This document shows, piece after piece, positions 61,903 to 64,000 of a DNA stretch of 64,000 nt; the first letter of the stretch is position 1; the number at the start of each line of letters is the position of its first letter. Under the pieces are notes generated by a model. The model saw only the letters and a list, made by a program, of their open reading frames with translations, was not told where the DNA came from and searched no databases. The position numbers and the translations under genes are program-made. The stretch is taken from the NCBI GenBank assembly GCA_047495785.1, contig JBLDXI010000015.1:5022001-5086000 (forward strand). The letters run 5' to 3'. The stretch is from Lepidodermella squamata. Its lineage: Eukaryota; Animalia; Gastrotricha.

Positions 61903-64000
61903 TCATATGACGGAAGTATTCAATTCACGAGCAATTGAAACGAGCTGAAAACAGAAAAAGACCTTGAAATTTAATTTTTTGTTTAGCAATTTTTTTGCAA
62001 ACCTGAGGGAATGAAACCGTGTCAAACAGAGTATGGACGAACAGACGGCTCAGCCGAGGCAATGCCAACTTAGCCATCAAAGCGACAACTTCGCTATATA
62101 GGCAGCCATCACTTGCCAAGTGGCGATTGTTCGCGAAATGACTAAACAAAAGCACTGAAATTCAGCAAAACAAAACACATGAGCTTCTATGTTACCTCTG
62201 AAGCAACTTAGGCGTTCGGTTCGCCCAAACTTGAAGGGAAACAATCAACCATAAAACTTGCTGCCAGTCATCCTTAACCGCTACTTTCGCTTCATTGTTA
62301 GTGATGCAACAAATCAAGCATTGCGAAGAATTATGTTCTTTAATGATATTGGCGCCCTGACCAGGAGGAAACGACTGCTCATCGCTCGCCATTTTCGCCA
62401 AACTAGCCGAGAGTGCCATCGACATTTTTCGAGGCAATGGAGCGGCATCAGTCAAGCTGGGCTGAAATCCGGGAATATTGCTCAGGGTGTCTTGAAGCAG
62501 GTCGGACACGCTGGGAGGCAAGAAAACCCCAACAGCAGCTTTGCCTATAACCGACAGGTCCTCCATTGGTAAGTAAAAGGTTGATGCTGGTAGGGCGAAA
62601 TCGTCAAGCTCAGAAGTAGCGTGGAAAAACGACTTTTCCAAGACCGGTTGAAACTCCTCAGAGTTGAGTTTCCCTCTGAATGAGGAAGCCCTTAACATAA
62701 GGGGTATGTTTGGATCGCCATTGTCACTCAATTGGCTCAAACTGGGAGCAGTTGGCAAGCCCAGATGCGGAGAGCCGTGTTTGAATGGCGAACCAGAGAC
62801 AGAGTTACCAGAACTTGCTCTGGAACCGGAACGACCATCGCCCAGCTCTATACTCTTCGATTTATCTCTCGAAACAGGTAAAGAAGCCATAGGAGTTTGC
62901 GCGTGGTCTTTAATCGACCCTTCGGTCGAGGTTCTCGCTTTCGAATCAGACGGAAAAAATGCATTATCATCGCTTTGGTCGTACGTAACACTCGTCGTTT
63001 TAAAACGCGAAGGTTTGAACATACTACTCAGTCGGCTGCCAATCGACGATATTGAACTCATTTGACGTCGAACGATTGGTCGGGCAACTTTCGATTCCTC
63101 AACAGTAGAATTGCCTCTTGTTACTGGGAGAGACGGTCGCTGGCCCAGCATAGGCCGAGCTGGCGCGGAGTGACCGTTATTTCTTGCGAGTTCCGAGGCG
63201 ATATCTATGCTTTCAGCTGAAGATGTCGAAGAGGAGGAGTATGTATCAAAGAGGACAGGTGGCAGCTCGTTTGTGCTAAACCTGCGCATTTTAGTTGAAG
63301 ACATCGAACTGCGGCTTTCGTGCGGAGAGTCGACGATGTTGATGTCGGGAATAGCGGAAGCGACTCTGTGAATACCAGGCGATCCATCCACGTCAATCAC
63401 AGGCAATGACAAGGCGCTATGATTGGCTCTATTCAAGGTCGACTTTCGCCTTCGATCAACCCATTCGCATTCTTTCAACATGTCGGGATCGACGGAATTA
63501 GCAACACTGCTGAGAGCGATCAAAGCTGTTCCTCGAATCGAAAAAACCGGTGAAGATCGCGACAACGAATGAAAAGCTGCGATCATGTTGAACCCGTTGA
63601 AATGGGGGCTTGAAGTTAGCCAATCCGATCCCAAAGGGGATGAGCCTATATTCGCCAATATGCAAATTGAGCTGCGAATGGAAGCAACAACCGAACTGCT
63701 GTAAGGTGACTGGTCAACTTTCAAATCGCAGAAAGCGTAATAGGTAACGATTTCACAGCATCGGCGAACGAATTCAACTGTGTTTTGATTAAGCAGCATA
63801 ATGCCCAGCTGCGAACGAGCCATCATGCTGAAAATGGAAGACGGGAAGTGGCGTCCGGGTAATTTCAGCCGTTGATGACTTCGCACGTTTGAATAGTGCT
63901 CAGCTGTACCGGGCTGGCGTGAAAACGAGCTCGAAAACGACTCCGTGAAAATTTCATCGTAAAATTGCGAATACGTTACTTGCAATGATTCGTTAGCCCA
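61903..64000 (-). CDS. RICTOR: Rapamycin-insensitive companion of mTOR, 3' part (gene continues beyond the window)
   Basis: ANIGSSPLG..WL and S.VFSIRGT (Rictor domain 5), a long Ser-rich region, the Zn-ligand motif HNSSQCLIC and the C-terminal CLYSEV..L......R.FV..LF. Two short terminal exons end at TGA 61905-61903. Confidence 0.85.

Overview
This is eukaryotic (invertebrate metazoan) genomic DNA with a compact gene style: most introns are about 45-60 nt GT-AG, and CpG is abundant. The taxon cannot be fixed from this window. Genes reconstructed by hand, left to right: a Cys-type glutathione peroxidase (-); a giant 25-exon type I membrane protein of about 3550 aa (-) with about 29 Sushi/CCP modules, 7 copies of a ~150-aa domain I cannot name and 3 EB-like Cys-rich repeats; an ACP6-like acid phosphatase (-); a triple-nested stack of non-autonomous DNA transposons plus an RTE relic; a SENP6/7-like SUMO protease (+); a CELF3-6/Bruno RNA-binding protein (-); PIG-M and MTERF4-like (-); a SINE-like insert and a young 5'-truncated LINE; ACAT1, RPL21, a truncated duplicate and an intact copy of an Egt2/LCD-like PLP C-S lyase, and RPP25-like (+); catalase and the 3' part of Rictor (-). 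The strongest leads are: (1) two divergent, very tightly packed same-strand gene runs whose start codons are preceded by splice acceptors with no evident donor, suggesting SL trans-spliced operons, one of them with almost no intercistronic DNA; (2) the giant receptor with a run of 13 frame-symmetric CCP exons and a 27-nt microexon, a candidate for combinatorial isoform diversity; (3) the nested transposons, each with recoverable TIRs and TSDs. Splice models and all regulatory interpretations are inferred from sequence alone.
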